A DNA stretch of 64,000 nucleotides from a virus: positions 2,383 to 66,382 of the IMG/VR virus record IMGVR_UViG_3300046373_000099. The stretch is one strand, 5' to 3'. Of the stretch, positions 1-8,658 are shown piece after piece (position 1 is the stretch's first letter; every line of letters begins with the position of its first letter). Under the pieces are notes generated by a model. It was given only the letters and a program-made list of their open reading frames with translations, was not told the DNA's origin and made no database searches. The position numbers were made by a program, and so were the translations under genes.

Positions 1-340
1 ATGTCTTATGCCAAGTCAGCACCACACGCCCCTCGGCATCTGTCAGAACTGACTGAGCCTTAAGCGCTTGGCCTGCCGGCGCTTCGTACTGCTCGCCGTG
101 TTCTTTGACTTGTTTGATCCAAGCGCCGGTGGCGTCCTTGGAGGAGATCGACTTGATCGCGTAGCCCGTTACGACCGGGCTGGTTCCCAACAGTCCCCGC
201 TCCGCCGCTCTCTTCAATCTGTCTTGGAACGACGATCTGGCCAGCCCCAGCGCTTTTGCGGCAAGAACTTGCGTGCCGTGTTCGGCCAGTGCGTCAACGG
301 CTTCCTGGATCTGTTCTTTAGTCAATGGTGGTTGTGGCAA
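1..340 (-). CDS. HTH-containing phage protein, truncated by window start
   Basis: TTG start after AGGAGG; open to position 1 (LTKEQIQEAVDALAEHGTQVLAAKALGLARSSFQDRL is HTH-like); not in the ORF track. Confidence 0.6.
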   Translation of the reverse strand, partial: MPQPPLTKEQIQEAVDALAEHGTQVLAAKALGLARSSFQDRLKRAAERGLLGTSPVVTGYAIKSISSKDATGAWIKQVKEHGEQYEAPAGQALKAQSVLTDAEGRVVLTWHKT

Positions 341-698
341 TGGGTGCCTCCTGCAACTGGAATTCGGGTGGCTTGCGAACGTTGGCCGGCGCGTGCTCGA
401 ACATCGGCGCGATATCAGAAGGCTTGTATCCGGCGAGCCCGCATCCGATGGCGGTAAGGTTGAAGGTTAGGTCTGGGCGTGTCAGGGCGTAGCCAATGAA
501 GTTTTCGACGTAAGCCGCAATCCTGTCCAATGGCAGCGTTTGGATCCATTCATTCTTCGTCGGTATTGCGTAGCTACTTCCCTGCATACCGATACCCACG
601 CCGTATATCGCGCCGTGGTGCTGTCGAGCGTAGAGCGCTGCGCCCTTGCCGTGACGTCCGGCTAGGTTGCTGCCGAACACGAATATTTCTCGCGCCAT
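318..698 (-). CDS. A1S_2505-like (macro-fold-like) phage protein
   Basis: IFVFGSNLAGRHGKGAA and TAIGCGLAG motifs. Confidence 0.7.
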   Translation of the reverse strand: MAREIFVFGSNLAGRHGKGAALYARQHHGAIYGVGIGMQGSSYAIPTKNEWIQTLPLDRIAAYVENFIGYALTRPDLTFNLTAIGCGLAGYKPSDIAPMFEHAPANVRKPPEFQLQEAPIATTTID

Positions 699-701
699 CC
701 C

Positions 702-821
702 TCAATCCTCCTCTAGCGGCAGTTGCTTCAATCCGTACCAACAGCCGAGACCGAGTAGCCCGCCAAAGATGGCGATCGATGCCAGCAGCCAGTAAACTTG
801 TGTCCACATTTCGGGGGTCAT
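702..821 (-). CDS. Small single-TM membrane peptide (39 aa)
   Basis: MTPEMWTQVYWLLASIAIFGGLLGLGCWYG; ATGA-coupled to upstream ORF. Confidence 0.5.
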   Translation of the reverse strand: MTPEMWTQVYWLLASIAIFGGLLGLGCWYGLKQLPLEED

Positions 822-991
822 GTTTTGGGCTTCTGCGATAGAGACCGCGCAACTATGAGCATTTCCATCTGGAAGCGCTCCTTGGTAATCTTCTTTTCGC
901 GGTAGTCGGCGCGGATGTTGGCCTCTGCCTCCGCGATCATTTCTTCGTCCGTCATTTGCTGGTCACGGCCAGAACCTCGCATAGGAATCAT
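818..991 (-). CDS. Small hypothetical protein (57 aa)
   Basis: ATGA-coupled to both neighbours. Confidence 0.5.
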   Translation of the reverse strand: MIPMRGSGRDQQMTDEEMIAEAEANIRADYREKKITKERFQMEMLIVARSLSQKPKT

Positions 992-1419
992 AACAACGGC
1001 ACCTCCCGCCCCTGCTCTTTCACTTCCCCAGCCGCACCGCCACCTTCCTCCGCAAATCCAGGCGAACCCTCGCCATCGATGTCAGCGCCGACCGTGCCGC
1101 CAGACCCAAGTGCGGCGTCTAGCGAAGCCTGCAGAGCGTTAGCCGTGCCGGTGGTGTACGGCAGGCGGTAGAATCTTGGGCCGTCTTCGGAATCGAGAAG
1201 AACATAAATCGCAACATCGACTTCGATCTTGGCGCCCAGCACAGCGTAGTGGCCGGGTGCGGGTTGCCATGGGGCGGCGTGTCCGAGTGGGATGAATGAA
1301 GCGGGAAGTATAAGAAAAGCGAGGATGGCGAAAACCATTGCGCGCCGCGTCGTATCTCTTCGGCACACAACCGCCATCACGAGGACGAAGGCTAGCCAGA
1401 GGGTGATGGCGGGGGTCAT
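988..1419 (-). CDS. Membrane protein (2 TM plus soluble domain)
   Basis: Two hydrophobic N-terminal segments; in operon with the MotA-like pair. Confidence 0.6.
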   Translation of the reverse strand: MTPAITLWLAFVLVMAVVCRRDTTRRAMVFAILAFLILPASFIPLGHAAPWQPAPGHYAVLGAKIEVDVAIYVLLDSEDGPRFYRLPYTTGTANALQASLDAALGSGGTVGADIDGEGSPGFAEEGGGAAGEVKEQGREVPLL

Positions 1420-1649
1420 GCTGCAAGCCCTCCGAAATCCCACTCATGGACGAGAAACAGGTGGCATTCGAACTCGTCGCGAGTCATCCCCTTCAGATCC
1501 GACACCCCAGCTTTCGGAGTCCACGTCCAGTCGCGGTTGAGTTTATAGCCAGCATCCTCAAGGAACTTGATCGGCCCCGCATCGTCGATGTCGCTACCGA
1601 ATCTGGCATTCATCAGACCGCGCAGTTCGTCGCTTGCTTGTGGCATCAC
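1416..1649 (-). CDS. Hypothetical protein
   Basis: ORF coupled in operon. Confidence 0.55.
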   Translation of the reverse strand: MMPQASDELRGLMNARFGSDIDDAGPIKFLEDAGYKLNRDWTWTPKAGVSDLKGMTRDEFECHLFLVHEWDFGGLAA

Positions 1650-1657
1650 TTCCCCTC

Positions 1658-2191
1658 CTATTTCATCATCTTGAAAACATGGTTCGCACTACCGGCGACG
1701 ACCTTGCCACCAGCTATGCGGAACCGGATCGCGGTTTTCTCTTGCTTATCCAGGTCCAACTGAACCGGCCCAGACCAAACCAAACCCCCTTCAGCCAATC
1801 GAACTTCCACCCCGACAACCACCGGAACCTTGCCTGCGCAGCCAAAGCAGCGAACGTTGACGGCATACTCGCCGTCGGGGAGGCCGCGCGTGAACGCGGA
1901 CTCGTAGTTAAGCGGCGTGTCATCGTTGGCCGTGCCGAGGTCGTCACGCAGCAAGGACCACGTGCGTCCCGACTTCCGGCTGTAATCCACCGGCCCGTCG
2001 TTCGGAGCGCCGACACGGAGATCGACGTCAATGCTGCCGGCGGGCCAATTGATGGTGGCGACTAGGTTGCCGGGTGGTGAGAGGGGGGCTTCTTTTGTGG
2101 CTGGCGCCACCGAGGGCAGCACCAACATGACGATCGCGACAACGGCAAGTAGCATGGCCAGCAGCGTGTCCCATATGAGCGTCCGGATCAT
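1658..2191 (-). CDS. Single-TM protein with Asp in the TM segment and a periplasmic beta domain (ExbD/MotB-like partner, YfaP-like domain)
   Basis: WDTLLAMLLAVVAIVMLVL TM segment; IDVDLRV..DDLG..NYE..LPDGEYAVNVR. Confidence 0.55.
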   Translation of the reverse strand: MIRTLIWDTLLAMLLAVVAIVMLVLPSVAPATKEAPLSPPGNLVATINWPAGSIDVDLRVGAPNDGPVDYSRKSGRTWSLLRDDLGTANDDTPLNYESAFTRGLPDGEYAVNVRCFGCAGKVPVVVGVEVRLAEGGLVWSGPVQLDLDKQEKTAIRFRIAGGKVVAGSANHVFKMMK

Positions 2192-2658
2192 TCGGACGCC
2201 TCCATGTGGAGAACGTAGCTGTTGGTTCCCATCCAGAGCGTCGAGATCGCGCCGACCAGGGTGGAGCAGAACGCAACGCCGAGGCCGTCAATAAGGGCCA
2301 TGCCCATCTTGAGCAGGCCAGCCGCACTCGTCAGATCGCCGCCACCCATGCCCTGCAAGGCAAGAACGAAGCCAGTGAGATTCCCGATTAGACCGAGAAG
2401 CACGACCCATGTTTTGGCATGCGGCAGGATACGGGTGTGACCGAGGAAGACAGCAACCAGCGAAACGGCAAGCACGCCACTGATCACATAAGACAGGCCG
2501 CTGATGTCATGCGTAAACACAAAACCCACATAGCCCATCACAGCCGCCCACACGACCAGCGCGGCCCAGCAGACGTTGAGGACGATGAGCTTTGCGGTGA
2601 TGCCGGAGAGCGGCTTGGGGGTATGGTAGTCGAGGTGGGTTGGGAGGGTGTCGGTCAT
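2188..2658 (-). CDS. MotA/TolQ/ExbB proton-channel family protein
   Basis: LLGLIGNLTGFVLAL ... GLGVAFCSTLVG matches the ExbB/TolQ TM2-TM3 signature. Confidence 0.7.
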   Translation of the reverse strand: MTDTLPTHLDYHTPKPLSGITAKLIVLNVCWAALVVWAAVMGYVGFVFTHDISGLSYVISGVLAVSLVAVFLGHTRILPHAKTWVVLLGLIGNLTGFVLALQGMGGGDLTSAAGLLKMGMALIDGLGVAFCSTLVGAISTLWMGTNSYVLHMEASE

Positions 2659-2852
2659 TCGCCTAACTCCTGAAAAACCACAAATCGGTAACCCTCAAGC
2701 GCGCCGGAGAGAAGGACCATTATTGCTGTTGCGCCACCGAACCCAAACAGGCCGGTTACCTCGCCTACAGAAAGCAGCACCGCCAGCACTACAGAGGCAA
2801 CGGCTACCGCAAGGATAAACATGACCATGAAGTCCATCAGCTTATCCATCAC
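2655..2852 (-). CDS. Small 2-TM membrane protein
   Basis: Hydrophobic ORF, coupled. Confidence 0.55.
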   Translation of the reverse strand: MMDKLMDFMVMFILAVAVASVVLAVLLSVGEVTGLFGFGGATAIMVLLSGALEGYRFVVFQELGE

Positions 2853-3499
2853 ACACCCCTCCCCATTAATTCACAGACCGCCGAAGTCGGCACAGCCATC
2901 CCAAACCCCGTCAGCGACGGCACGTAATTCTTGCCCAGCGGCAACGGGGCCAGAGCAACGGCTGAAGTCACGCCGACCAGCTCTCCCTTGCTGTCAAAAA
3001 TGCCACCCCCAGACATCCCCATGACGGTCGTCATGTCGGTGATGTATGCCGCTTTATGCTGGCCGGTCTTTCTAGCGTCGCCAGAGATTTTTCCAGAAGA
3101 GGATACAAACTCAATGTTCAGCGGGTTGCCGTCGGCGCGGATGGCATCTCCCTGATGGAGCGTGCGGCACGACAGGTTGGCCACCGCAATGCCGACGGCC
3201 GTAGTGCGCAGCAGCGCGATATCGTATTCTTTGTTGGTCCACAGCACAGACGCGTAGCGCTGGTTGCCGTGGTCGGTCTTGATCACCACCGTCTTCTGGT
3301 CGCCGACCACATGGGCCGCCGTCACTATGTAGCCTTGGCCGATATGCGTGCCGGAGCCGTGGCCTTGACTCACGACAACCTTGACGGAATAGCCCGACGT
3401 AACGACGGGTGGTGCGCCAGCGTTGCTGGGATATGCGAAGAACGTGGCCGCGCCGATCAGGACGGCAAGAAATCCAAGCAGGTATCTTCTATGTGGCAT
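2849..3499 (-). CDS. Secreted trypsin-like serine protease
   Basis: Signal peptide; TAAHVV, DIALL and GMSGGG catalytic triad motifs; GAGGAGAC RBS. Confidence 0.9.
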   Translation of the reverse strand: MPHRRYLLGFLAVLIGAATFFAYPSNAGAPPVVTSGYSVKVVVSQGHGSGTHIGQGYIVTAAHVVGDQKTVVIKTDHGNQRYASVLWTNKEYDIALLRTTAVGIAVANLSCRTLHQGDAIRADGNPLNIEFVSSSGKISGDARKTGQHKAAYITDMTTVMGMSGGGIFDSKGELVGVTSAVALAPLPLGKNYVPSLTGFGMAVPTSAVCELMGRGV

Positions 3500-3555
3500 G
3501 TTGGTCTCCTCTGTGGTGATGGCTGGTGAGGCCGTGGTGGGAGGTACTATTTCCA

Positions 3556-3586
3556 ACAATAGTTTATATTTACAAAATTGTCAAGG
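3556..3586 (-). promoter_or_regulatory. Repeated sigma70 promoter/operator, copy 1
   Basis: TTGACA-attttgtaaatataaac-TATTGT; identical to copies at 34111 and 56516. Confidence 0.85.
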
Positions 3587-3615
3587 AAATTCCCCGACAC
3601 CAAAGACCACAAACG

Positions 3616-3650
3616 AAAAAAGCCCGCTCACCTGTTAGGGCGAGCGGGCT
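3616..3650 (-). terminator. Rho-independent terminator ending the late/lysis operon
   Basis: GCCCGCTC..GAGCGGGC stem plus U-tract on the minus strand. Confidence 0.8.
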
Positions 3651-3655
3651 GAAAT

Positions 3656-4105
3656 TTAGCGATCTGGAGAAACCCAGCGCTTGATCATGTCGTCAAATAC
3701 CGCTCGGCCCATCTCCTGGCGCATTATGCGGCCGCCATCGCGGAGAGTAAGCCGGCGGTCGGGCATGGTGTGAGCCAGCAGGGCTTCGAACGCAGCAGCG
3801 GCAGCGTAAGGGTTATTCGCCCCTGCGACCTTTACCGCCCGCGTCTCATGCGGCGCCAATTCGTCGATCGCATGAATGAACCTGTCGCCGAAGAAATTTC
3901 GCTTCACCGGCTCAGGCATCAGCATGATATCTTCTTCGCTCCCGACGTCGCAGAAGAAGGCGCGCTCTTTTCCATAAATCCAGACGTCACGCGGCTCGCC
4001 CTCGACAAGCCGACGCGCCTTTGAGCACACCTGCCATTCGCCGAGATAACAGACCAAACGATAATCGCGCTTTGCCATCTTCATGATAGAACGAAATAGG
4101 AACAT
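3656..4105 (-). CDS. Hypothetical protein
   Basis: ORF downstream of lysis genes. Confidence 0.55.
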   Translation of the reverse strand: MFLFRSIMKMAKRDYRLVCYLGEWQVCSKARRLVEGEPRDVWIYGKERAFFCDVGSEEDIMLMPEPVKRNFFGDRFIHAIDELAPHETRAVKVAGANNPYAAAAAFEALLAHTMPDRRLTLRDGGRIMRQEMGRAVFDDMIKRWVSPDR

Positions 4106-4117
4106 TGCCTGGAGTCG

Positions 4118-4465
4118 TCAAGTAGCCCGACGAGGTTGCGGCTTCACCGCCTGGTTTTCGACGACACGGTCAACGCGCAGCGCCATGTGATCCACGGCTT
4201 GTTTGACGCCTTGCAGGGCTTCCATAATCAGCTCTGTCGATTCCCGCATCCCAGCCTTGGTAATGTAGGTCTCTGCACAATGAAGGCGATGCTCCGCCAG
4301 CTCCTGCCGCGTCAGGCCAGCCAAGGCCGAGGCTGCGGCCGCAACCGTTGAAGCCTCTATCTTCGCCTTCTCGATCTTGCCATCTACATATCGCCACATG
4401 CCGAACAGCACGCCGAACACGGTGATGCCGAAGACAACCACCGCCATCAATTCGGGTCCGCTCAT
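4118..4465 (-). CDS. Lysis-region membrane protein (N-terminal TM plus coiled coil)
   Basis: One TM segment then a helical region; coupled to spanin. Confidence 0.6.
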   Translation of the reverse strand: MSGPELMAVVVFGITVFGVLFGMWRYVDGKIEKAKIEASTVAAAASALAGLTRQELAEHRLHCAETYITKAGMRESTELIMEALQGVKQAVDHMALRVDRVVENQAVKPQPRRAT

Positions 4466-4755
4466 GGATCACCTCTTAAGCCTGCGTCACGAGAGACAAC
4501 CACATCACGCAGCGCCAGATGGCGGCGATAACAGGTCAGCAACCGTTTGCGGTCGGAGATCCAGAGCTTTTCAAGCTGCACCTGCGCCAAGGCATTCGTG
4601 CCGAGATCAATGGGCAGGTCGCACTTTTGCAGCAAGGCTGAATCAATCAAGGCGATTTGCGGACGAACCGCAGGACTAACGGATCGAGTTGATACGGCGC
4701 ACCCCGGCAGCGCCAAGAGCAGCACGGCCAGCATCAGGGTCTTTGTCGGCTTCAT
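4462..4755 (-). CDS. o-spanin (Rz1-like lipoprotein)
   Basis: Lipobox LALPGC; overlaps the i-spanin 3' end. Confidence 0.75.
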   Translation of the reverse strand: MKPTKTLMLAVLLLALPGCAVSTRSVSPAVRPQIALIDSALLQKCDLPIDLGTNALAQVQLEKLWISDRKRLLTCYRRHLALRDVVVSRDAGLRGDP

Positions 4756-5047
4756 CGGCCAGCTCCTTGATTCGTGTTTCTAGTTCGGAGTTGGCGGCTT
4801 GCAGGTCGGCGATGCGGGCGGCCTCGAGAGCCTTGGCCGCATTGTTCGCAATGACCTGCCGCATGATTTCCTTGGCGCGCGCGTCGTTGTATTCGGCCAC
4901 GAGTTTGTCGTATTTGATTTGGTACTCCACAGCCGCCCGCTGGTAGCCTTGGTGGTCAATGTAGACGTAGACACCCCACAGGGCGGCGATGGCCACCAGC
5001 GCGGCCAGCAGGTAGGCGGCGGGCTTGCTAAAAATTAAAGACATCAC
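4676..5047 (-). CDS. i-spanin (Rz-like)
   Basis: N-terminal TM plus coiled coil, after holin. Confidence 0.75.
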   Translation of the reverse strand: MMSLIFSKPAAYLLAALVAIAALWGVYVYIDHQGYQRAAVEYQIKYDKLVAEYNDARAKEIMRQVIANNAAKALEAARIADLQAANSELETRIKELADEADKDPDAGRAALGAAGVRRINSIR

Positions 5048-5346
5048 TGCTCCACTGTCACGTTGGTGGTGGTGTCGGGATTATCGACGGCGGACTGAGC
5101 GACATCGGCCTTCAACTCATTCTTGCGATCCCAGACAGCGCCGAAGACATAACTGCCAAGCGTGCCGCCAAAGAGCGTCGAGAGGTTGATGAGTGCGACG
5201 TCGAGCAGCGGATTGGTAACGGCCCGCAGCATCGCCCACGCAATGATTACCGTGATGGCAATGGCCTCCCAGATCATCGACAGGATAATGATGCGCCGGC
5301 GCACCGCCCAGTCAGGCGATGCCTTGTGATCCATGAAGAACCGCAT
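5044..5346 (-). CDS. Putative holin
   Basis: Two TM segments; between endolysin and spanins. Confidence 0.6.
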   Translation of the reverse strand: MRFFMDHKASPDWAVRRRIIILSMIWEAIAITVIIAWAMLRAVTNPLLDVALINLSTLFGGTLGSYVFGAVWDRKNELKADVAQSAVDNPDTTTNVTVEQ

Positions 5347-5347
5347 T

Positions 5348-5881
5348 TTACAACAGCCTGGCCACGGCAGCCCGAAGCAAATCGCCGCACGCCTTGGCGC
5401 CCTTAACCTCCGGAGCGAATGCCAAACGGGTGAAATCCCATTTCCCGCGCTGAGTGATGCCGAGTGTCCCCTGCACTTCTGCATGGGAAAGCACGGTCTT
5501 CGGCGTGACTGGAATGCCGTAGAACCGGCATAGGTCGGCGACGACAACGGCCAGCTTATCCCACTGCGCCTTGGTCATCGGAGCCTTGCCGGGATTGAAC
5601 GGACTTTCCGTTGCCAGAGCCATGCAGCAGAGCGACACGCCAATCGATCCAGTGTTGCAGTTCAGCGTGTGGGCGGCATAGCCCTTCTTGGCGGGCGCGG
5701 CATTGAGGTCGATCGTTGGCTTGCCGCGGATTACGTCGCCATCATCCTCAATCAGAATGTGGTAGTGCGCCTTGTCATCCTCGCTCGCCTTGTGATGGCC
5801 AGCGGTCCAGTGGCAGATGACCCGCTGCATTTTCGCAGCCGGAAGCCACCCGGCAGGCAATGCCTGTAAGGTTGCGGTCAT
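5348..5881 (-). CDS. Endolysin, N-acetylmuramoyl-L-alanine amidase (Amidase_2)
   Basis: ICHWTAG, YHILI, AHT..CN..SIGVSLC, LSHAE motifs. Confidence 0.85.
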   Translation of the reverse strand: MTATLQALPAGWLPAAKMQRVICHWTAGHHKASEDDKAHYHILIEDDGDVIRGKPTIDLNAAPAKKGYAAHTLNCNTGSIGVSLCCMALATESPFNPGKAPMTKAQWDKLAVVVADLCRFYGIPVTPKTVLSHAEVQGTLGITQRGKWDFTRLAFAPEVKGAKACGDLLRAAVARLL

Positions 5882-6065
5882 TGTGATTCCTTGTGGTGAT
5901 GGTGGTGTGGTGGGAACCCCAGCGAGATGATCTCGCCCATTGGGTTCTCCTGTGATGTGGGAATGGGTTTCGGGTCTTGACGATACCCTGACAAAAAGCC
6001 AAGGAAGCAGGGTTGCGTTACCCAGATGCTAACGTTCCGGTAGTCTTACCGTTTAGAGGCGGACC

Positions 6066-6632
6066 ATGAGCAAGACATTATTGACCAAGGCGGATTTCAC
6101 TGAATATCTTTCGCCGTTTGAATTTCCGCCGAAATCTCCGTTCATTCGATCTTTGATGACGCACATCCGCTATTTGGATGATGAAATGATTGACTATTTG
6201 GCCGGGGCCATGATTGCATCTAGTCGATGGAAAGAATTCTGCATCGAGATGCTGGCCATTTCGGATGAAGCTAAAAATGTTGGTCGCATCCTCGCAATCG
6301 TCCTAGCCGAGAAAGTGCCATCCATCCCACTTCAGAAATACGTTGAAGACGCTAACGCGATTTCTCTTTTCATTTCCTCAATGATTCGAAACGACACCAC
6401 ACTTTCAATATTGGGCACTTTGCAAGCCTCAGCGAGCTTAGCTGATATCCTTTTTATCCGTTGCGATGACATTGAAGTGAGCGCTGAGATCCTGTCGGCT
6501 AAAGTAATTGTAGTTGGCAATCAGACAGAAATTGAGCTGCACAGCGAGCAATTGGGCAAATATGCGCCGGAAGATGACGCAATGGTCTGTTCGTCCTTTC
6601 TCGTCATGCGGCCAAGCCGCTTAGAGGAATAA
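6066..6632 (+). CDS. Moron hypothetical protein
   Basis: Lower GC; opposite strand to late genes; 1 nt upstream of GT61. Confidence 0.6.
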   Translation: MSKTLLTKADFTEYLSPFEFPPKSPFIRSLMTHIRYLDDEMIDYLAGAMIASSRWKEFCIEMLAISDEAKNVGRILAIVLAEKVPSIPLQKYVEDANAISLFISSMIRNDTTLSILGTLQASASLADILFIRCDDIEVSAEILSAKVIVVGNQTEIELHSEQLGKYAPEDDAMVCSSFLVMRPSRLEE

Positions 6633-6633
6633 C

Positions 6634-8658
6634 ATGGATATCGCAGGCTTTTTAAGTTCCTTCAGATATGCTGAGCCAGGCGACATGGCTCGAAAAATTA
6701 TAGCCGTAAAGCAGGCAGAGCAATGCTTTCAAAGGCAGGGTGAAGAGCCGATCGTGCTTGATCCCTCATCAACTTCTAAATACATGTTTGGCCGGCACGG
6801 CGAAGACGATTTCTACACGGCATTGCTTGCTGCTGCATTCCGAGACGACAAGCAGACGTATCTGCCAGACGCAGCGTTTTTCAACCGAACGGTTATGCAG
6901 TTGACCTATCAGGTCAGATTTCAGCTCGAAAGGATGCCGCCGGAAGCTGCCCTCATATTTTCAAACGAACGCATGTTCTGCGCCTCCATGCTTCATGCGA
7001 ATGATGTCCTAGGAGTTCGCGTCTCCCCGCCCAATGTACAGCATTCGCCAAACGCTGGATTTGAGCCAGCATGGGCAGCATTTTCCCACCTCGAACTTAA
7101 CCGCCCGAGGTTCGCCACGACAGATTGCGAAGGCATCACGTCAACCCTCGAAAAGCATCAAAGAAAAAGGATTGGGGCAATACTGATTGACCTCGATTTT
7201 TTGCAACGCCCAATCAACCTCGCGAAGGACATCCCAGACGTTTCCGAATTGATCACGGCTCAAACGATTCTTTCAGTCGTCGGGGTGGCAGAGCATGTCA
7301 CAGCAGCTGCAATTGACATTGAAGGGCGTTATCCTAAAGCTGTAGTCCACTGCCGCACCTACGAAGAAGACCGCTTAAACAGTTCATTCCCAAGGGCTAT
7401 GTTAACGGTTTGGAATTTGCTTGAGCTACCAGACGTAGACATGCGGAACCACACAGCTACAACTATAAGGTATACCGATCAACAAGATATTTCTACTGAT
7501 GGTTCAGAATTAAGAAGTCTAACATATCGCCCGCTTGAGCCAGCCTTAGTTAAAAAGCCAATTTTGTCGTACAGCAGCGCGCCGCTCATCTCGGAAATTA
7601 ATCGTCATCTCACGAAGACAAGACACTTGGTGCACTCAGTCACGACAATGAGCAATGCCAGTATGTTTGTTGATTTTTCGAACTACAATTACTTCACAAA
7701 GTCCGGTTTTTTACCATTAGATTTGGGTCTTGGGGGCGGCGAAGGGCAGACCGGCTCCCTCTACAAGTCGAGTATCGTTGATGACGATAAAAAAAGAACA
7801 AGCGTGCTCCGCACAAAATCTGTTCAGAAGGTGCGAGGGGTGGCTATGCCACTTCAGTTTCACAAAACGCTTCACCAATTCTTTTCCCATTTCCTCATCC
7901 AATGCTACCCGCGCCTGCTTCTGATCAAAGAGCTTGGGCTGCCTGACGATACGAAAATTATTGTACCATCTGACATCTTTCCGAAGCAGGTTCAGATGCT
8001 GATTGCTTTCGGCATCAAGCCCGAAAACATTGTGTACCTACACAAAGATAATCTGCTGAAAGTGGATGAACTAGTAATCCCTAGAGCTTGGTCTTTGGCA
8101 TTCTCCGAATTCACCACTTCGATTTATCCCCGATTGATGGAGAATCTGAATATATCGCCAAAGAAGTTCGATCGAAAGATTCTGATCAGTCGAGCCTATC
8201 GCAAAACATGGCGCAACCTTCTTAACGGTTTTCAGGTCGAAAGTGTTCTGCAGGACCTCGGCTTTGACGTGGTCAGACCCGAGAAACTGTCCCTTGAAGA
8301 AGAAATCAGACTGTATGCAGAGAGCCGTATCATCGCCGGCTCCGAGGGAGCTGGCCTGTATGGAGCATGTTATTCTGGACCCGGCCGAGCCGTTGTCTCT
8401 ATCAGCGACGGTGACTACGCAATGCCGATCATTGGAACCCTTGCGCAGTACACCGGGTTTGACGTTTCTCATTATTTCGGGATCAGCATGAGGGCGGAGG
8501 GCGACATGGCAAGGCGCCCAGGCCGTTTACATTGCGACTACGTCGTTGATCCCATGAAGGTTAAAGACACAGTGCAAGCGACGTCAGACCATCTGGATCG
8601 CGAATATCCGGAACAGATATCAAAGCGAACTCTTCTCTCAAAAATTTTGCGCCGTTAG
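6634..8658 (+). CDS. Glycosyltransferase family 61 (DUF563) protein with N-terminal extension
   Basis: FFSHFLIQCYPRL, KILISR...RNLLN, PEKLSLEEEIRLY..IIAGSEGAGL. Confidence 0.8.
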   Translation: MDIAGFLSSFRYAEPGDMARKIIAVKQAEQCFQRQGEEPIVLDPSSTSKYMFGRHGEDDFYTALLAAAFRDDKQTYLPDAAFFNRTVMQLTYQVRFQLERMPPEAALIFSNERMFCASMLHANDVLGVRVSPPNVQHSPNAGFEPAWAAFSHLELNRPRFATTDCEGITSTLEKHQRKRIGAILIDLDFLQRPINLAKDIPDVSELITAQTILSVVGVAEHVTAAAIDIEGRYPKAVVHCRTYEEDRLNSSFPRAMLTVWNLLELPDVDMRNHTATTIRYTDQQDISTDGSELRSLTYRPLEPALVKKPILSYSSAPLISEINRHLTKTRHLVHSVTTMSNASMFVDFSNYNYFTKSGFLPLDLGLGGGEGQTGSLYKSSIVDDDKKRTSVLRTKSVQKVRGVAMPLQFHKTLHQFFSHFLIQCYPRLLLIKELGLPDDTKIIVPSDIFPKQVQMLIAFGIKPENIVYLHKDNLLKVDELVIPRAWSLAFSEFTTSIYPRLMENLNISPKKFDRKILISRAYRKTWRNLLNGFQVESVLQDLGFDVVRPEKLSLEEEIRLYAESRIIAGSEGAGLYGACYSGPGRAVVSISDGDYAMPIIGTLAQYTGFDVSHYFGISMRAEGDMARRPGRLHCDYVVDPMKVKDTVQATSDHLDREYPEQISKRTLLSKILRR

